Source of the DNA: Octopus vulgaris
Lineage: Eukaryota
NCBI GenBank assembly: GCA_951406725.2
Contig: OX597818.1
Location: 108,934,001-108,998,000, forward strand
Length of the DNA: 64,000 nt
Direction of reading: 5' to 3'
The translations under genes and the position numbers were made by a program. A model generated the notes under the pieces. That model was not told the DNA's origin. It was given only the letters and a program-made list of their open reading frames with translations, and did not search any database. Shown here one piece after another: positions 22,534 to 36,040 of the stretch (within the stretch, counting starts at the first letter, position 1; each line of letters begins with the position of its first letter).

Positions 22534-25500
22534 GGTAAATTGAACCTTTTTCTATCAATACTGTCTCTATTTTTTACAGATCAAATAATTCAGTTTCAAA
22601 AAGTGTAAAATGGTAAAAAAAGTGGCTGGGTGCCAACCTTTTGATAACATTGTACAAGAACAGTATCTCACTTATTCTTTACAAATGTACATGGAATTGC
22701 ATTCTCAACAGATCTCAGTAGTTTTAGAAACAGCAACAGCTTCTTGAGGAATAGGAAAAGTCGTATAAATTTCATTAAGGGTCATATTTTTATCAGAAAA
22801 ACGTGTTCACCCATTTGCTGTAATAAACCAGAATTCAATTATTATTATTTCTTTTTAGAAGTAAGAATTGGTATAGAGGACAGAGCAGTGTTTTTTGCTA
22901 TTGGGATGCAAGCTGGGATTTGCTCAGCCCCAGTTGGGTTGACTGGGTTCTGATGTTAAAAGAACTGAAATACCCTGGGACTCCAGAAACATGATTGAAA
23001 TGTATCCCAGAGCATTAGTGAAATTTAGCATGGAACTAAGGAGAAACAGACTATCAGGATTAGGCGAAATTTTGTGGTTTTGAATGCAGTTACCATGGAA
23101 AATACAATAGAAATAGCTCTGAATTTCTGTCAAGATTTTCATTGAAGTTACTATATATAGTAGTGTATACTGTATATTGTGATGATGATGTACAGTATAC
23201 TGTATATCCTGACTCACTGAAGATATGCCACTGCATTCTTAAGAACAAATGGAAATCTTCTTTATTGATACAAATGTTGCAATAATAGCAACACAGGTCT
23301 TTCTCGTTTTCCTCACCATATTTCAGTTGAAATACACTGTTTTGTTTCAGTTAATCTTTAAAGTAATGAAGAATTTAGTAAAGAGAAGCTGTAAGTAAGC
23401 TGGGGTTAACAACATAAATTGGCAAAGGAAGTTTGTGTCAAAGAATCAGAGACAGTCTCAGGTGGGTTTGTATCAAGAGGGTTTATCATGACTGATAAAT
23501 GAAAATTGGGATTTTTCATTTCAATCTTGCTAATATATAAATACTGAGATATAGTATTTAATTAACTCATCATTGATAAGCACTGAGAAACCACCAAGGG
23601 AGAATAAATGTTGACAGTAGTTGACAGATCAATGATAAGGCAGCATTTGTGGTTTTTATTCAGTTCCTACAACCTGAGCTTTCCATAGGAAGCTACTCAG
23701 TCTCTGATCCTGCCTGAGCTTACGTAATGTAGTTCTTGTTTCATGAATTTCCAGCGTACATCTGCAAAGCTGTAGCCATGAGTTTTGTGTTTGGAATTAA
23801 ATGAGTGAAGAATATAACAGGCTTAATCCTCAACAAAGCAGAAACTGACACCACAAGAAGGGCTTCAGAGTCGTTAAACTTAAATGATATAAAAGAATGT
23901 TAAGATATGAGACTTGGTCCAATTATTTATAGCCACGCAGGGACCGTATAAGTGTCAGTGACTGCAGTTTTTCAGCATATAAGATGTCAACTTCACATAT
24001 TCCCATAATTCAAGAATTAAGTTGTTCTGATGCCATCACAACAATGTCTTTGAATAGTTTTTATAACTAAACAATTTTGCTTAGCAATAGCAGCTCAGAT
24101 AAAACAGTCAGTAATTCCACTGTCAACGAAAGCTTGCATTGTTAAATCAAAATACTAATAAATACATGAGACAAAGGAAAAATCGAGTCAAGCTGAAAAA
24201 CTTTATGAAGTTAGGGAAAATTAATATGTTGGAGATTGGTTTATTAACTTTCTTTGCACACCTGAGAAAAACTGTCTTTTTTCTTACACTGATGTCATAT
24301 CGTAACTCTTGCTAGACATTTCACATGTACATATCTACCACACCACCACCACACACACCAACCCATTCAAAGCAGCAGGTGCTGCTGAAAGAGTTTCCTG
24401 TTTCGTATTCTTTGTAGTGTTCATAAAGATATCAGTGTTATGGCAGCATTCTCTTTACCGAGGTCCAACCTTCTGGCTTGTGATATTGCTGTTTCAGCAT
24501 TGCATTTGAAATAGCACAGGTTACTCACTGATGTTACCACAGAAATAAAAGCATTCAGTGTCAAAAGTTTTATATGCAACCCAGAGAAAAAGGCCTTAAA
24601 GCTGCACATTTTTTTTACCTCAGATTTTAAGGATGAAAAGACATTGTTCAAGAGTTCTGTTGGCTGTTTGCTTGCAAGTTGTGAGCTGATGCCTCAAAAA
24701 GACTTCATTCAAAGAAGGTTTAAAGTATACACCTTTAGTACTCATTGTTCTCTTAGTTTAAATTCCAAAACAAAGTATATGAAGGCATGCAACCTGTTAA
24801 AATCTGAAACACTGGCAATGCACACATGTGCATAAACAGTGTTTGACTTTCAAGTGGGGCAGACACCAAAGACAGTTTTTCAGGATGTAAAGATTTGTTG
24901 AGGCTTGACCCATGAAATAAACCAACATAAAAATCAATGTTATTAGAAACCGTATGCCAAGACTTCCAATTAATGATGTTGCAACTCAATACCTAGCCTA
25001 TGTAAAGGGTGTGGTACCTCGTCTATGTAAGGGGTGGGGGAAGGAATACAACACATTACGTTACTGTACATTATTGACAAAAGACATAACATGATTAGAG
25101 TAAAAGAGAATCACAACAGAAAAGAATTTGAAAATATTTTCTAAAAGTTGTCAATAAATGTGATGGGTTTCCCCCCTGCTCTGCTAGGAATCTCTGTCGA
25201 CTATTAGTGAGTCCTCAGAGTCATGCTGCATATCTCTGCCAATACCATTAAGGCAACTGAGAAGTCATCACATTCTATTATGATTGGAAGTCTTCCACAT
25301 GTAGCATCTGAAACGACCTGGTGGTGCAGCACTGTAGCAGAGACTAGCAAAGCTTATCCCCTGTTGAGCAATGATAGTAAGGGAGCTGAAAAGTGTCCTT
25401 AAATCTCCTTCCTCTTTCATTATGCCATCATACCATAAGGTACTTTTGAGACCACAGAAACAGCCAAGTGATCTCTTTATTTGGCACTATGGCCATAACA

Positions 25501-26147
25501 CAGAGGGGACAGCACCAATGACAGACAGACAACATTACAGTGGGGACAAAAACATAAAATGAATGAAAAATGATAAATATGTATAATGAGGTGATTTTCA
25601 TCTTCGTCAACTGTCAGGCGCTCAGTCATCTTTGCCTTGAGAAACAAACTGACTTTGGTTACAGCTTTGCTAAAGGAATGTTAAATCTTGCTCAATACAA
25701 AGCTGATGACCATCAGCAGAGTTAAGGTCAGATAGATACACACTTTGCTGATGTTTTCATTGCTTCCACTTGATGGTGAAACCTTTATAAAAGAAGCTAG
25801 GGTGTGTTGAAGCCTGACTCCAATTCGATAATTGTCAAATCAAGTGGTTTACTTTTAGCTAAGTACTTCTTCTACAGCTGTTTCACTAAAAAAATGGTGG
25901 TATAGCCCCACCTATCACAAACCCAAATTGTATGTTGTCTAAGGTAATTCTCTTCATAATTAGCAAATACATAAAAATGAAGGAACCTACAAAACTGAAT
26001 ATGTATAGCATTGGTCCAAGCAGAACGCTTAAAACTTGAATGGCAAAAATGAAAAAAAGTATAAAACACAGCAATTTGGGGTAGAGTGAGAGAATGAATG
26101 AGGTTACTCAAAAACATGAAAATGACTGTCAATATTCAAGGTGTACC

Positions 26148-26615
26148 GAGGTGGTGAGCTAACAGAATCGTTAGTACACTGGACAAAATGCTTAGTGGTA
26201 TTTTGTTCATCTTTACGTTCTGAGTTCAAATCCTGCTGAAGTCAGCTTTGCCTTTCATCCTCTTGAGGTCAATGAAATATGTACCATGTAAAGGTGACGA
26301 GCTAGCAGAAACGTTAGCATGCCGGGCGAAATGCTTAGTGGTATTTCGTCTGCCATAACATTCTGAGTTCAAATTCCGCCAAGGTTGACTTTGCCTTTCA
26401 TCCTTTCGGGGGCGATAAACTAAGTACCAGTTACGCACTGGGGTCGATGTAATCGAATTAATCACATTGTCTGTCCTTGTTTGTCCCCTCAATATTTAGC
26501 TCCTTGTGGGCAATAAAAAAAAAAAAGAAATATGTACCAGTCTAGCACTGGGGTCAATCTAATCGACTGGCCACCTTCCCTGAAATTCCAGGCTTTTTGC
26601 TTATAGTGGAAAGGA
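26148..26615 (+). mobile_element. SINE family B nested inside another family B copy
   Basis: Inner copy 26287-26526 with A-tail, bracketed by a 13-bp TSD GAAATATGTACCA (26274-26286, 26527-26539); the outer copy resumes after it. Confidence 0.9.
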
Positions 26616-29094
26616 ATATTCATAGTATACCAGTCTAAGGACAGCACTAAGATACCATATTCTACCGGCAGAGAATTGGAATCACAAAAATATCAGGCTT
26701 CTATAAAACTGTTTTGGAAGCTAAGGAAGATACATTATAATAATGAATGATTTATACTATTAGTAAACAGTATGATATAGCAACAGAATAAAATCTATAT
26801 ATCTTCCATGAGAACACCAGATGCAAAGATAGCTGGTGTAAGAGGAAAGGAACAGAGAGAAGCAATTCACAGAAGGCAGAAAAGGAAGACAGGAAAAGAT
26901 TAAGGAAAGATTACAAAATAGCATTATGGAAATGAAAGCTACCTCTCCAAGGTGATCATTACAAAGTTAAGATAGAGCAAACGCTGCTCAAAAGACAAAC
27001 AAAAAGAAAATCAATGCTGGGGCAGATCTTCTGGATAAAAAGCTGAGATTAGAGCTTATCAAAAATTATTTGAAAAATATAACTATACAAACACTAAATG
27101 CAGAATATGCATGAAACATAATAGATAAAATGCTATCCTTGGTTACTCAGACCTTGCTAAGACTGAGTACATTCAACATACAAGATTAAGACCTAAAGAT
27201 ATTTATTACGAATATTACAACAACAATAATACAGCTAAATGGTGTTGTGGTTTTCAATTTGTGGTTTCAGGCAGCAGAAGCAGAACCAACAAATGTATGA
27301 GGCACAGACTTCAAAATATGAAATACAACAAAATGAAAATCCCTTCAGAAAATACCATTTTATAAAGAATATCAAGAATCTACATCTTTAAAATATTTGA
27401 AAAGTTAGAAAGTAATAAAAAGAAATCATGTGACTATGAATAAGTAGTTTATACTACAGTCGGTGAACAGGGCCACAAGTAATTTCAACAGGCAAATTAA
27501 TTGAACCCCAAGATTGAAACCTTGTGGTGCCTTACACAAAAGTGAAGGAAAATAAGTTTGACATCATGTTAGAAAGAAACACTGCTACCTTTTTAAAATA
27601 CTGTCAAGATAATTAACAACTAACTCAACCTTCAAGACAGCACACTCCATTAACATAAACAATCTTCTAAAAATAATGGCCTAAAGACTTATATAATTTC
27701 CCCACAACCATCTTAAAAATGAAATACCCACTGGATAATGTAGATCTAGATACTTCATGTCTAAAACCGATGATCACAGCTAGAGTACCTTTGATCACAG
27801 GTCCATTTAATCTGGAGATTAAACAATAAAATGATACATTCAGAGTCAAGATTTTATTGTAACCTAAGGTAAGCTATGTACTGGGTGTTAAAGGGTACAG
27901 AAAGATCTATATCAAATTGTTTTCCTTTCAGTGTGTCAGCTGAAAATACATAAAATAAAAGTCGGGGAAATATGGCAGGTAAAAGTTATTTAGTTAAGAA
28001 TCTGAAATACTCTCAGAATTCAAATATGCCATGAAGCAAAATAGGGGCACTTGGTAAAATGTGACAGAGCATATCCAGCAAAATCATTCAAGGAATAATG
28101 ATACATTAGCTGCCGTTCAATTAATACATTTTACCATAAGCAAATCAATGATATTGAAAACTATGTTAGAATGCGAGAGAAACTTCTGAATAAGTTTTCA
28201 TTATTGAAAATAAGAAAAAATGTACAAATAGGAATAACTTTAGTAGAGTGAGGATGTAAACAAATTCACAAGAAAAAATTTAGAAAGAGTACATCCACAA
28301 TTTTCGAAATGAAATAGAAAAAAGAAAATGGTGAAACATTTTCCTTCCTAAAAGGAAGAAAAATCTGTCAAACTTGCAAAATATTTATCCAGCGTTAATT
28401 TGTTTGAAACCTCTTGAGCTGAGCTGCAATGGAGCTAACAAAAAACCATTTTAGGCCTTGCTTTAAGGTAAAAATAAAATAAAATAATATGAGTGGAGAA
28501 AAAAACAAGTATTAACTAAAGAAAACTGATATTTTCTAAAAGGTAAACTAAAATGTTACTTCCAAATGGTTGATCACAATTATAAATATGGTACTGGTAA
28601 ATATTTTTGTAAAATTTAGCAGACATTTTTTTAAAGATATATATAGATAGATTGTGTGTGTGTGTGTTTGTGTCTGTCTCAGTGTCACTGTGCATATACG
28701 TGTACAAGTGCGTGCATTGGTGACACTGAAATCCTTAATGCTTTTAGTAAAACTTAAATCCCAGCTGCAGTGAGTATTTCCAACTTGAGCCAACACTGAA
28801 ATACCAGCTTCTGTATTAGGTGGTGGTGGTGGTGGTGGTGGTGTGTGTGTGAGAGAGAGTACAATAGCCAGTAATAAGGATGTAGAAGAGTGGTTCTAAC
28901 TCTTTTTGACTTTGTGGCACACTGGAGATCAAACAAAAATATTCATTCATATGTAGAGTGAAAAGTTATTGGTGCATGGTACCCTAAACAAACAGACAAA
29001 CAAAAAATTACCTTAAAGCTAAGAAATTAGAAAAAACATACATAACTATTATCAATCATACGCGTACAAAACAAAATCTCTCTCTCACACACAT

Positions 29095-29095
29095 A

Positions 29096-29145
<50 letters not shown>

Positions 29146-29210
29146 TGTATATACATATGTATGTATGTATATATATGATGATGATGATATATATGTATAT
29201 ATGTATGTAC

Positions 29211-29309
<99 letters not shown>

Positions 29310-29310
29310 T

Positions 29311-29346
<36 letters not shown>

Positions 29347-29380
29347 TGAATGTATGTGTGTATATATATATATATAAGTA
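29095..29380. repeat. (TA)n/(TG)n compound microsatellite (continues 29568-29750)
   Basis: Low-complexity TA/TG/CA runs. Confidence 0.95.
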
Positions 29381-29568
29381 TAGGGGAGAATTCACAAAAA
29401 AACAAAAGATGAAGACAGGCAGTGTAGAAAACAAACAGATGTATTACTATAACGCTCAGGAATAGAAAAAGTCTTTAACGTTTCAAGCCTATGCTCTTCT
29501 ACAGTAAGGAACACAGAAAGAAACAAGGAGAGAAAATAAAGAATGTGTAGTGGCTAGTGATCCATCAT
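29381..29568 (-). mobile_element. Penelope-like pLTR-type repeat with variant hammerhead-like motif
   Basis: Homologous to 31326-31570 and 62615-62755; minus strand CTGTAGAAGAGCATAGGCTTGAAACGTT; inserted in (TA)n. Confidence 0.6.
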
Positions 29569-29924
29569 ATGTATGTATGTGTGTGTGTTGTGTGTGTGTG
29601 TGTGTATATATATATACACACACACACACATATATACATATATATATATATATACACACACATACATATACATATATATGTATATATACACATATATATA
29701 TATATATTTTTACACATATATATATATATACACACACACATATATATATAGACACAGGCACCACATATTTTTAAGCTGGTCCCGCAATTATACGTGCATT
29801 CTAAAGTCTTCAATTTATACTTTTAAAAAACTCCATGGTGCACTTGGATATTTTTTGTATCTAAGAACAGCTTTGGAAAATATTGATATCAAACTTTGGT
29901 ACAAGGTGAGCCTATGACATCAAC

Positions 29925-30055
29925 CCAATGCTTATTTTATCAACTCTTAAACGATGAAAAGTGAAGCTGACCTAGGCAGAATTTGAACTCAGAACAAACA
30001 GATATTGCTATTAAGCATTTTGCCTAACATATTAACGATTCTGCCTCCTTGCTGC
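29925..30055 (-). mobile_element. SINE family B, diverged
   Basis: gatgaaaagtgaagctgacctaggcagaatttgaactcagaac...ttaacgattctgcc. Confidence 0.7.
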
Positions 30056-30473
30056 TTTGCTTTGAGAAATATTAAGAGAAAGGATTAGATGTTTTAATAA
30101 AAAGTTTCAAAAAAAACAAATAATCTATACTGCTAATCTTACTGACTTCTAACCCAGAGGAATACATGTCAGATCTAAACCAAGCAAGATTTGAACAATG
30201 TATTCTTTCTTACATTGGTACACGAGCACAAATGGTTAAATGAGAAGGTATACTCCAGTGTATCTACCCTATTTCATTGCTGGCACATATCTTATCAACC
30301 ACAGAAAAATGAAAAGCAGGAAACTTCTTTCCACAATAAATTGTACTGAAATTGCATTCACAAGTTAAAATATGTCACATACGTATTTGAACTAATCTCA
30401 CATTTCGTTATTTCCCATCACTGCTTCACACTACAAGTGTGTGTATGTGTATACACACACTCACACACACACA

Positions 30474-30509
<36 letters not shown>

Positions 30510-30607
30510 AGGAATACAACTTTTGTTAAAACCTGTCCTTTCCACATTTTCTCTTCCTGTTCATTGCCTTCTGAATACATATATACATATAAATGTGTAT
30601 ATATATT

Positions 30608-31257
30608 TATGTCAGGTCACTTTCGAGTGCTACTGGTAACATGTACAACCTGTTGCACGGTCAGGCCGTCGGCGACCAAACTGGCAACCCCACCAAGCTT
30701 GCTTGGTGAGGAGGGTGATTATTGGACACCCTGTGGGAAGAAAAACAAAACCTGTCAAAGGGTGGAGGAACTCTTGAGAGTCAACAACCATCCAATAAAT
30801 GTGTATTTTTTTTTCTTAAGGCTGTATCATGCGCGGGGACATAGAAATAATTGGACTGAATACCCGACCGCGCGGTTAAACTATTGGGAGTGAAGGACGC
30901 GTAGCCTTTGTTAGGGCATCCTTCTAGGAGCAGGTAACTCCGGTAACTGGGATGACTCTGACATAAAACCTGCGGCTCAGTGGTTACCGATGATGTCGAC
31001 TTGATCTTCTTTTCGGATTATGGCTGCTGTTGCTTAGTGAGTGGGATTGACTCAGTGAACAGCCTTTCCTCACTTAAAAAAAAATCTTCTTGCACTGGCA
31101 TTGCACGATAGCAACATTGTTTATGATTGTTGATGGTGCACTGAATCTCAACTGAATGCTTGGCTGTAGTCTTAAAAAGCAAATAAATGTCACTTCCATC
31201 ACAGCACCAATAACAGTTGAGCTTCGTGTAATGGCCGTACTCGATAATGAGGAGGCA

Positions 31258-31263
<6 letters not shown>
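30608..31263 (+). mobile_element. ~650 bp non-coding element in (TA)n, probably RTE-UTR-derived non-autonomous retroelement
   Basis: CpG-rich block with sharp TA-repeat borders; contains GGGCATCCTTCTAGGAGCAGGTAACTC...TAAAACC, resembling the recalled RTE 5' UTR motif GGCAACCAGTCTAGGAGAAGGAAAACTC...AAACC. Confidence 0.55.
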
Positions 31264-31325
<62 letters not shown>

Positions 31326-31329
<4 letters not shown>

Positions 31330-31570
31330 AGAGTTTACGAAAAAAACAAAAGACAAAGACAGGCGGTGTACAAAACAAACACATGTATTAGTATAACGCT
31401 CAGGAGTAGAAAATGTCTTTTATGTTTCGAGCCTACGCTCTTCTATAGAAAGGGACACAGAAAAAACAAGGAGAGAGAAAAAATGTGTGTAGTGGCTAAT
31501 GATCTATCATGGCGACTGACTCGGACAGAAGTGTCACACACGAGAGGGAAAGTAGGGGAGATAACAAAGT
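31326..31570 (-). mobile_element. Penelope-like pLTR-type repeat with variant hammerhead-like motif
   Basis: Minus strand CCTTT-CTATAGA-A-GAGC-GTAG-GCTC-GAAACATAAAAG; homologous to 29381-29568. Confidence 0.6.
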
Positions 31571-31589
31571 ATATATATATATATATACA

Positions 31590-32231
31590 TGAGACCTTTG
31601 AAGATATGCTGTGATTGAGAAGATCCAGCAAGTAAAGTGAGATCACAGCTGTAGCTTATACCAGTGTTGCATAAGCAGCCCACTTAAAAGCTACCCTTGA
31701 ATCATCGGGTGATACGCTGCCCTTGAGAAGACTTATTGAGTCAAGTAAAATCAAAGTCAAAAATTAAAATCAAAAGCAAACCAAGATCAAAATGGAAATC
31801 GTAGTTCTGGCCAATGCCAGTGCCACCTGACTGGCATCTGTGTTAGTGACATGTAATAAGCACCATTCAAGTGTGGGTCAATGCCAGTGCTGCCTGACTA
31901 GCACCCATGCTGGTGGCATCTAATAAGAACTATTCAAGCATGGGTCAATGCCAGTGCGGGGCAACTGGCTCCCTGTGCCGGTGGCATGTAAAAAGCACCA
32001 TCCAAACATGGTTGATGCCAGCCCTACTGTCCCAACTGTTTCCTATGCCGGTAACACATAAAAAGCACCCACTACACTCTCAGAACGGGTAGTGTTAGGA
32101 AGGGCATCCAGCTGTAGAAACCATGCCAGATCAGATTGGAGCCTGGTGCAGCCTACTAGCTTGCCAGTCCCCAGTCAAGCCGTCCAACCCATGCCAGCAT
32201 GGAAAATGGACATTAAACGATGATGATGATA
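31590..32231 (+). mobile_element. RTE LINE ORF end and 3' UTR with decayed tandem units
   Basis: RDL*RYAVIEK ORF end; repeated atgccagtgc...gtggcatgtaaaaagcacc units; tail GGACATTAAACGATGATG. Confidence 0.85.
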
Positions 32232-32261
32232 CACACACACACACACACACACACACAGCAT

Positions 32262-32845
32262 CCACATACGCCCTCCACAACACTAATATCAAGAAGTCTT
32301 CTCATGAATGTGACCTGGACATTACTGTCAGCAGCAATTTGTGCTGGACAAAGCACATCTCTAGAATTGTCAAGAAGGCCGAGGGTGTCTTTCTCAGCTG
32401 CTCTCCAGCTATCTATGTAAGGTTGTATATGGCTATGGTGCGGCCACACTTGAAATTTGCATCACCAGTCTAGAACCCCCATCTTGCTCAGGACATTGAC
32501 CTCCTGGAAACTGCTCAGAGACATGCAACCAAGCGAATACCCTCCATCAGACATCTACCATACTCTGAACGCCTTGCTTCCCTGGACATAGATACATTGA
32601 AGCTCCAACATCTGGCAACTGATAAACACCCACAAAATTATTGCGCCAACAACCACCTTGAGCACCTTTTTGAATTCCATGTGTCTAACACATGTGGGCA
32701 TGCCTACAAAGTCAGAAAGCAGCACAACTCTCATGACTTTCAGAAATATGTTTTCTCTCAGAGTTGTTGAAGCATGGAACAAACTACCTGCATCAGTTGT
32801 TAGCTGCCAAGGCATTGCATCCTTTAAAACCTCAATGCTTCCTGC
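32262..32845 (+). mobile_element. Decayed CR1-type LINE fragment
   Basis: ECDLDITVSSNLCWTKHISRIVKKA...LYMAMVRPHLKFASPV*NPHLAQDIDLLETAQRHATKRIP...FSLRVVEAWNKLPASVV. Confidence 0.87.
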
Positions 32846-34078
32846 ATTTATATATTTATTTTTGCTGCTGTTGTTCAGCAGGTGCTGCCTGAGTGATACC
32901 ATACGGCATTCAAAGGCTGTCTGCACTGATCTCAGGCCTCTACCACCTTCATTTTTTCTTCAGCAGAGCCTGTCAACATCACTGTTTCTGTGGAAGTTCC
33001 CAGTTGTTGTCAGGATTTTGCAGGTTTTGATATCTATGGAGTGGATTTCCTCTACAAACCAATCTAATATCCCAAATGTTGGGATCAGCACTGGTACTGC
33101 AAATGCATTGTGGGATATTGTTTTGTAAGAGGAGAGTTCCGACTGCCATATTTTCCTAAGTCTGGTGTAATATTCTCGGGTCACTCTATCTTTATTCACA
33201 GTGCCTTCATATGATACATTTTCATCTATTCCTAGGTACTTGTAACATTCTTTGTGGGGAATGGGGGAGATAGAGAGGCTGTTGATGCACAGGTTTTGGA
33301 TTTGGGGGACTGACTTTCCTCGTTCTATGACCAAATACAAACATTTCTTTTGGCCAAATTCCATGCCTATATCAGCTGAAAATGTTATTAATTCCAGTTG
33401 TTCGTTGGCATTGTCAACGCTTTTAGCATAGATCTTGATATGGTCTACAAAGAAATTATGAATAACATTGATATTTCTAGCAGTTGAAGATCCTAGCATG
33501 TAACCATTTGCTTTCTGCAATAGAAACGATAATGGGGTCAGTGCCAAAATGAAAAGAAGTACAGAAAGACTATCTCCCTGGAATATTCCCTTTGTAATGC
33601 CTATACTATCAGAAACTATTATTCGGTTCTCAGTTATAAGGATTGTCTATGCCTTTGTGAGTCTCTCTCTATAGCTGCAATTAAGGTACTAGGTACTTTT
33701 GCCAGATGTAGACACTTCAACAGCCATGAATGATGGATAGAGTCGAATGCCTTCCTAAAGTTAAGCCATTCTGTCACAAGGTTTCTATGTTGTTTTCTTA
33801 CTTCAGACAGTACAGCCTTGTTTATTAAAAGTTGTTTGGCACATCCCCACACTCCATTCTTTCCACCAACCTGCTCATCAGTCACAATGTTGTTATACTC
33901 ACAATGGACCTGGAGGAATTGGTTGAGGCAGTTTGTGTACAGTTTGTACATAATGTTTAGGCAAGCAATGGGCCTGTAGTTTCCTGCCATCTCGGTGACT
34001 TCATTTTTGGCAACAAGATTTGTCCTTGGTGTAGTAAGCCAATTTGGTATATCAGTCTGACCTTCCATAGTCCTTCTG

Positions 34079-34080
<2 letters not shown>
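32846..34080 (-). mobile_element. Decayed R4/Dong-clade RT fragment
   Basis: IPNWLTTPRTNLVAK...NYRPIACLNIMYKLYT...EQVGGK.GVWGCAKQLLINK...KAFDSIHHSWL; GIFQGDSLS; FFVDHIKIYAKS; DIGMEFGQKKC; YKYLGI. Confidence 0.88.
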
Positions 34081-34117
<37 letters not shown>

Positions 34118-34536
34118 TATGTATATAGTCATATATTTATGTATGTGTATATATACATGTGTATGTATATATGTGAGTGTATATCCTGATGCATGCATTT
34201 ACACATACACACAGAAATATATACTCTTCCTTATCATCTTCATAGCCACTTTGTCATGGCTTAGACAAGACTTAAAGTAGATTTCCTTCAGCTGGATGGT
34301 CTTTTGAAAGCTAATCTTCAATAGGTTTTCTGTGTATTTTTCATGGCCTTGACCTTCACATGTCCTCCAAAATAGAGCATCTTTGTTTCTTAGATTTATA
34401 AACTTTCAATTGTTTAATGACATTCTGTTAGACAAAGAAATCAAGGTGGTCAGGCATTCCACAGAGAAATGCGTATGCCTTATGTAATTCTCAAGTAGAA
34501 TATTACACATACAGACACGTACACACACTCATATAT

Positions 34537-34569
<33 letters not shown>

Positions 34570-34603
34570 TATAATACAAATAAAGTTAGATAAGGCCAGT
34601 TTT

Positions 34604-34605
<2 letters not shown>

Positions 34606-34661
<56 letters not shown>

Positions 34662-34771
34662 TGTATGTATGTATGTATGTATGTATGTATGTATGTATGT
34701 ATGTATGTATGTATGTGTGTGTGTGTGTGTGTGTGTATGTGTGTGTGTATGTGTGTGTGTGTGTGTGTGTG
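34606..34771. repeat. (TA)n-(TATG)n-(TG)n compound microsatellite
   Basis: Direct reading. Confidence 0.95.
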
Positions 34772-35070
34772 TGGTGGTTGTCTACTCCTTATGCAGAGTT
34801 TGACCACCTCCTGTACCTACACCTTAGAACCATCATGGCATCTGATGCGTCTTTTTAAACTAGACAATGTTTTGAAAAGACACCCACATAGATTACATAT
34901 CCAATTTGGACCACCAAAAGCTGCAGTTAAGTTCTGATAAATGTCTTTCGAGGCCTCCGTTACATTTGCAGACCTTCTGCCATACCTTGCATTGAAAGGT
35001 GTGCACAGACATAAATGCAGAATAGTTGGTGGAGGTTCGTTTTCCATAGGTTCACAAATGAAAATATGTT
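34772..35070 (-). mobile_element. LINE 3' end with C-terminal C2H2-like finger (probably a further RTE lineage)
   Basis: WICNLCGCLFKTLSSLKRRIRCH followed by a stop, a short UTR and a (CA)n tail. Confidence 0.55.
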
Positions 35071-35072
35071 AT

Positions 35073-35123
<51 letters not shown>

Positions 35124-35689
35124 GTATTATAAGTTTATGTGTATACATACACATATGCACACATAATAGCCCTCCCACCCCTCCAACACTCTGCCATTGC
35201 TTGTCATCCAAAGTACCCCTGGCTTCATTGCCCACCTCAAGGCAGATGTACCTACTTTTCCTGGACCACCTGACATTGCTAACCATCATTCACATTTCTA
35301 CATTTCTATTACAAGCCATTATTCTTAAATGTGCTACTCCCTCATCCTTATCACCCTGTTTCTATCATATCATCCCTGCTCCCTTCTCAGCCATACAATT
35401 TGTCAGAGAGGTAAGGATTCTCAAATTTTCAGGGTATCGTTGATGACCATATGAATCCAACCAGAACCCTTTGTAAAGTGGTTGGTGATTTAGCAGAAAT
35501 GTAGGGTCAAGAGAGGCTTTAGTTTTGTTGATTACATAACTACTTGTGCAGGGGCCACGAGGAAAAAAAAAAACATTGTACGTAGTACATTCTGTAACGA
35601 AATTGGAGTTAGGAAGTGCAGCCAATCATGGAAAGCAAGTAAGATGCAGTCCTCCAACTAATCTTGGTGAGCAGTACCATCGTTAGATG

Positions 35690-36040
35690 TAGGTGTGACT
35701 GTGTGGTAAGAAGTTTGCTTGCCAATCATGTTTCTGGGTTCAGTCCCACAATGTAACACCTTGGCTGCATTGTGGGTGGATTTGGTAGACAGAAACTGAA
35801 AGAAGCCCATTGTATATATATAATATATCTATGTTTGTGCCTTTGTCCTTCATCACTTCTTGATAAATGGAGCTGGTAGATTTGCATCTCTGTTAGTAAG
35901 TGGTTTGGCAAAAGAGTGTTAGGATAAGTAGCAGGCTTGAAAATTGAAAATATACAGTGGAGTCGATTCATTTGACTAAAAATTCAAAGTGGTGGCCCAG
36001 CATGGATGCAGTCAAACGACTGAAACAAGTAAAAGATAAA
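35690..36040 (+). mobile_element. SINE family A
   Basis: Head GTGACTGTGTGGTAAG...GGTTCAGTCCC; tail GACTGAAACAAGTAAAAGATAAAA. Confidence 0.85.

Noticed and set aside
29027-29917. Many YI/HT/CV-rich ORFs (also 34586-34937, 40931-41340, 54106-54812)
   Set aside because: Translations of TA/CA/TG microsatellites.
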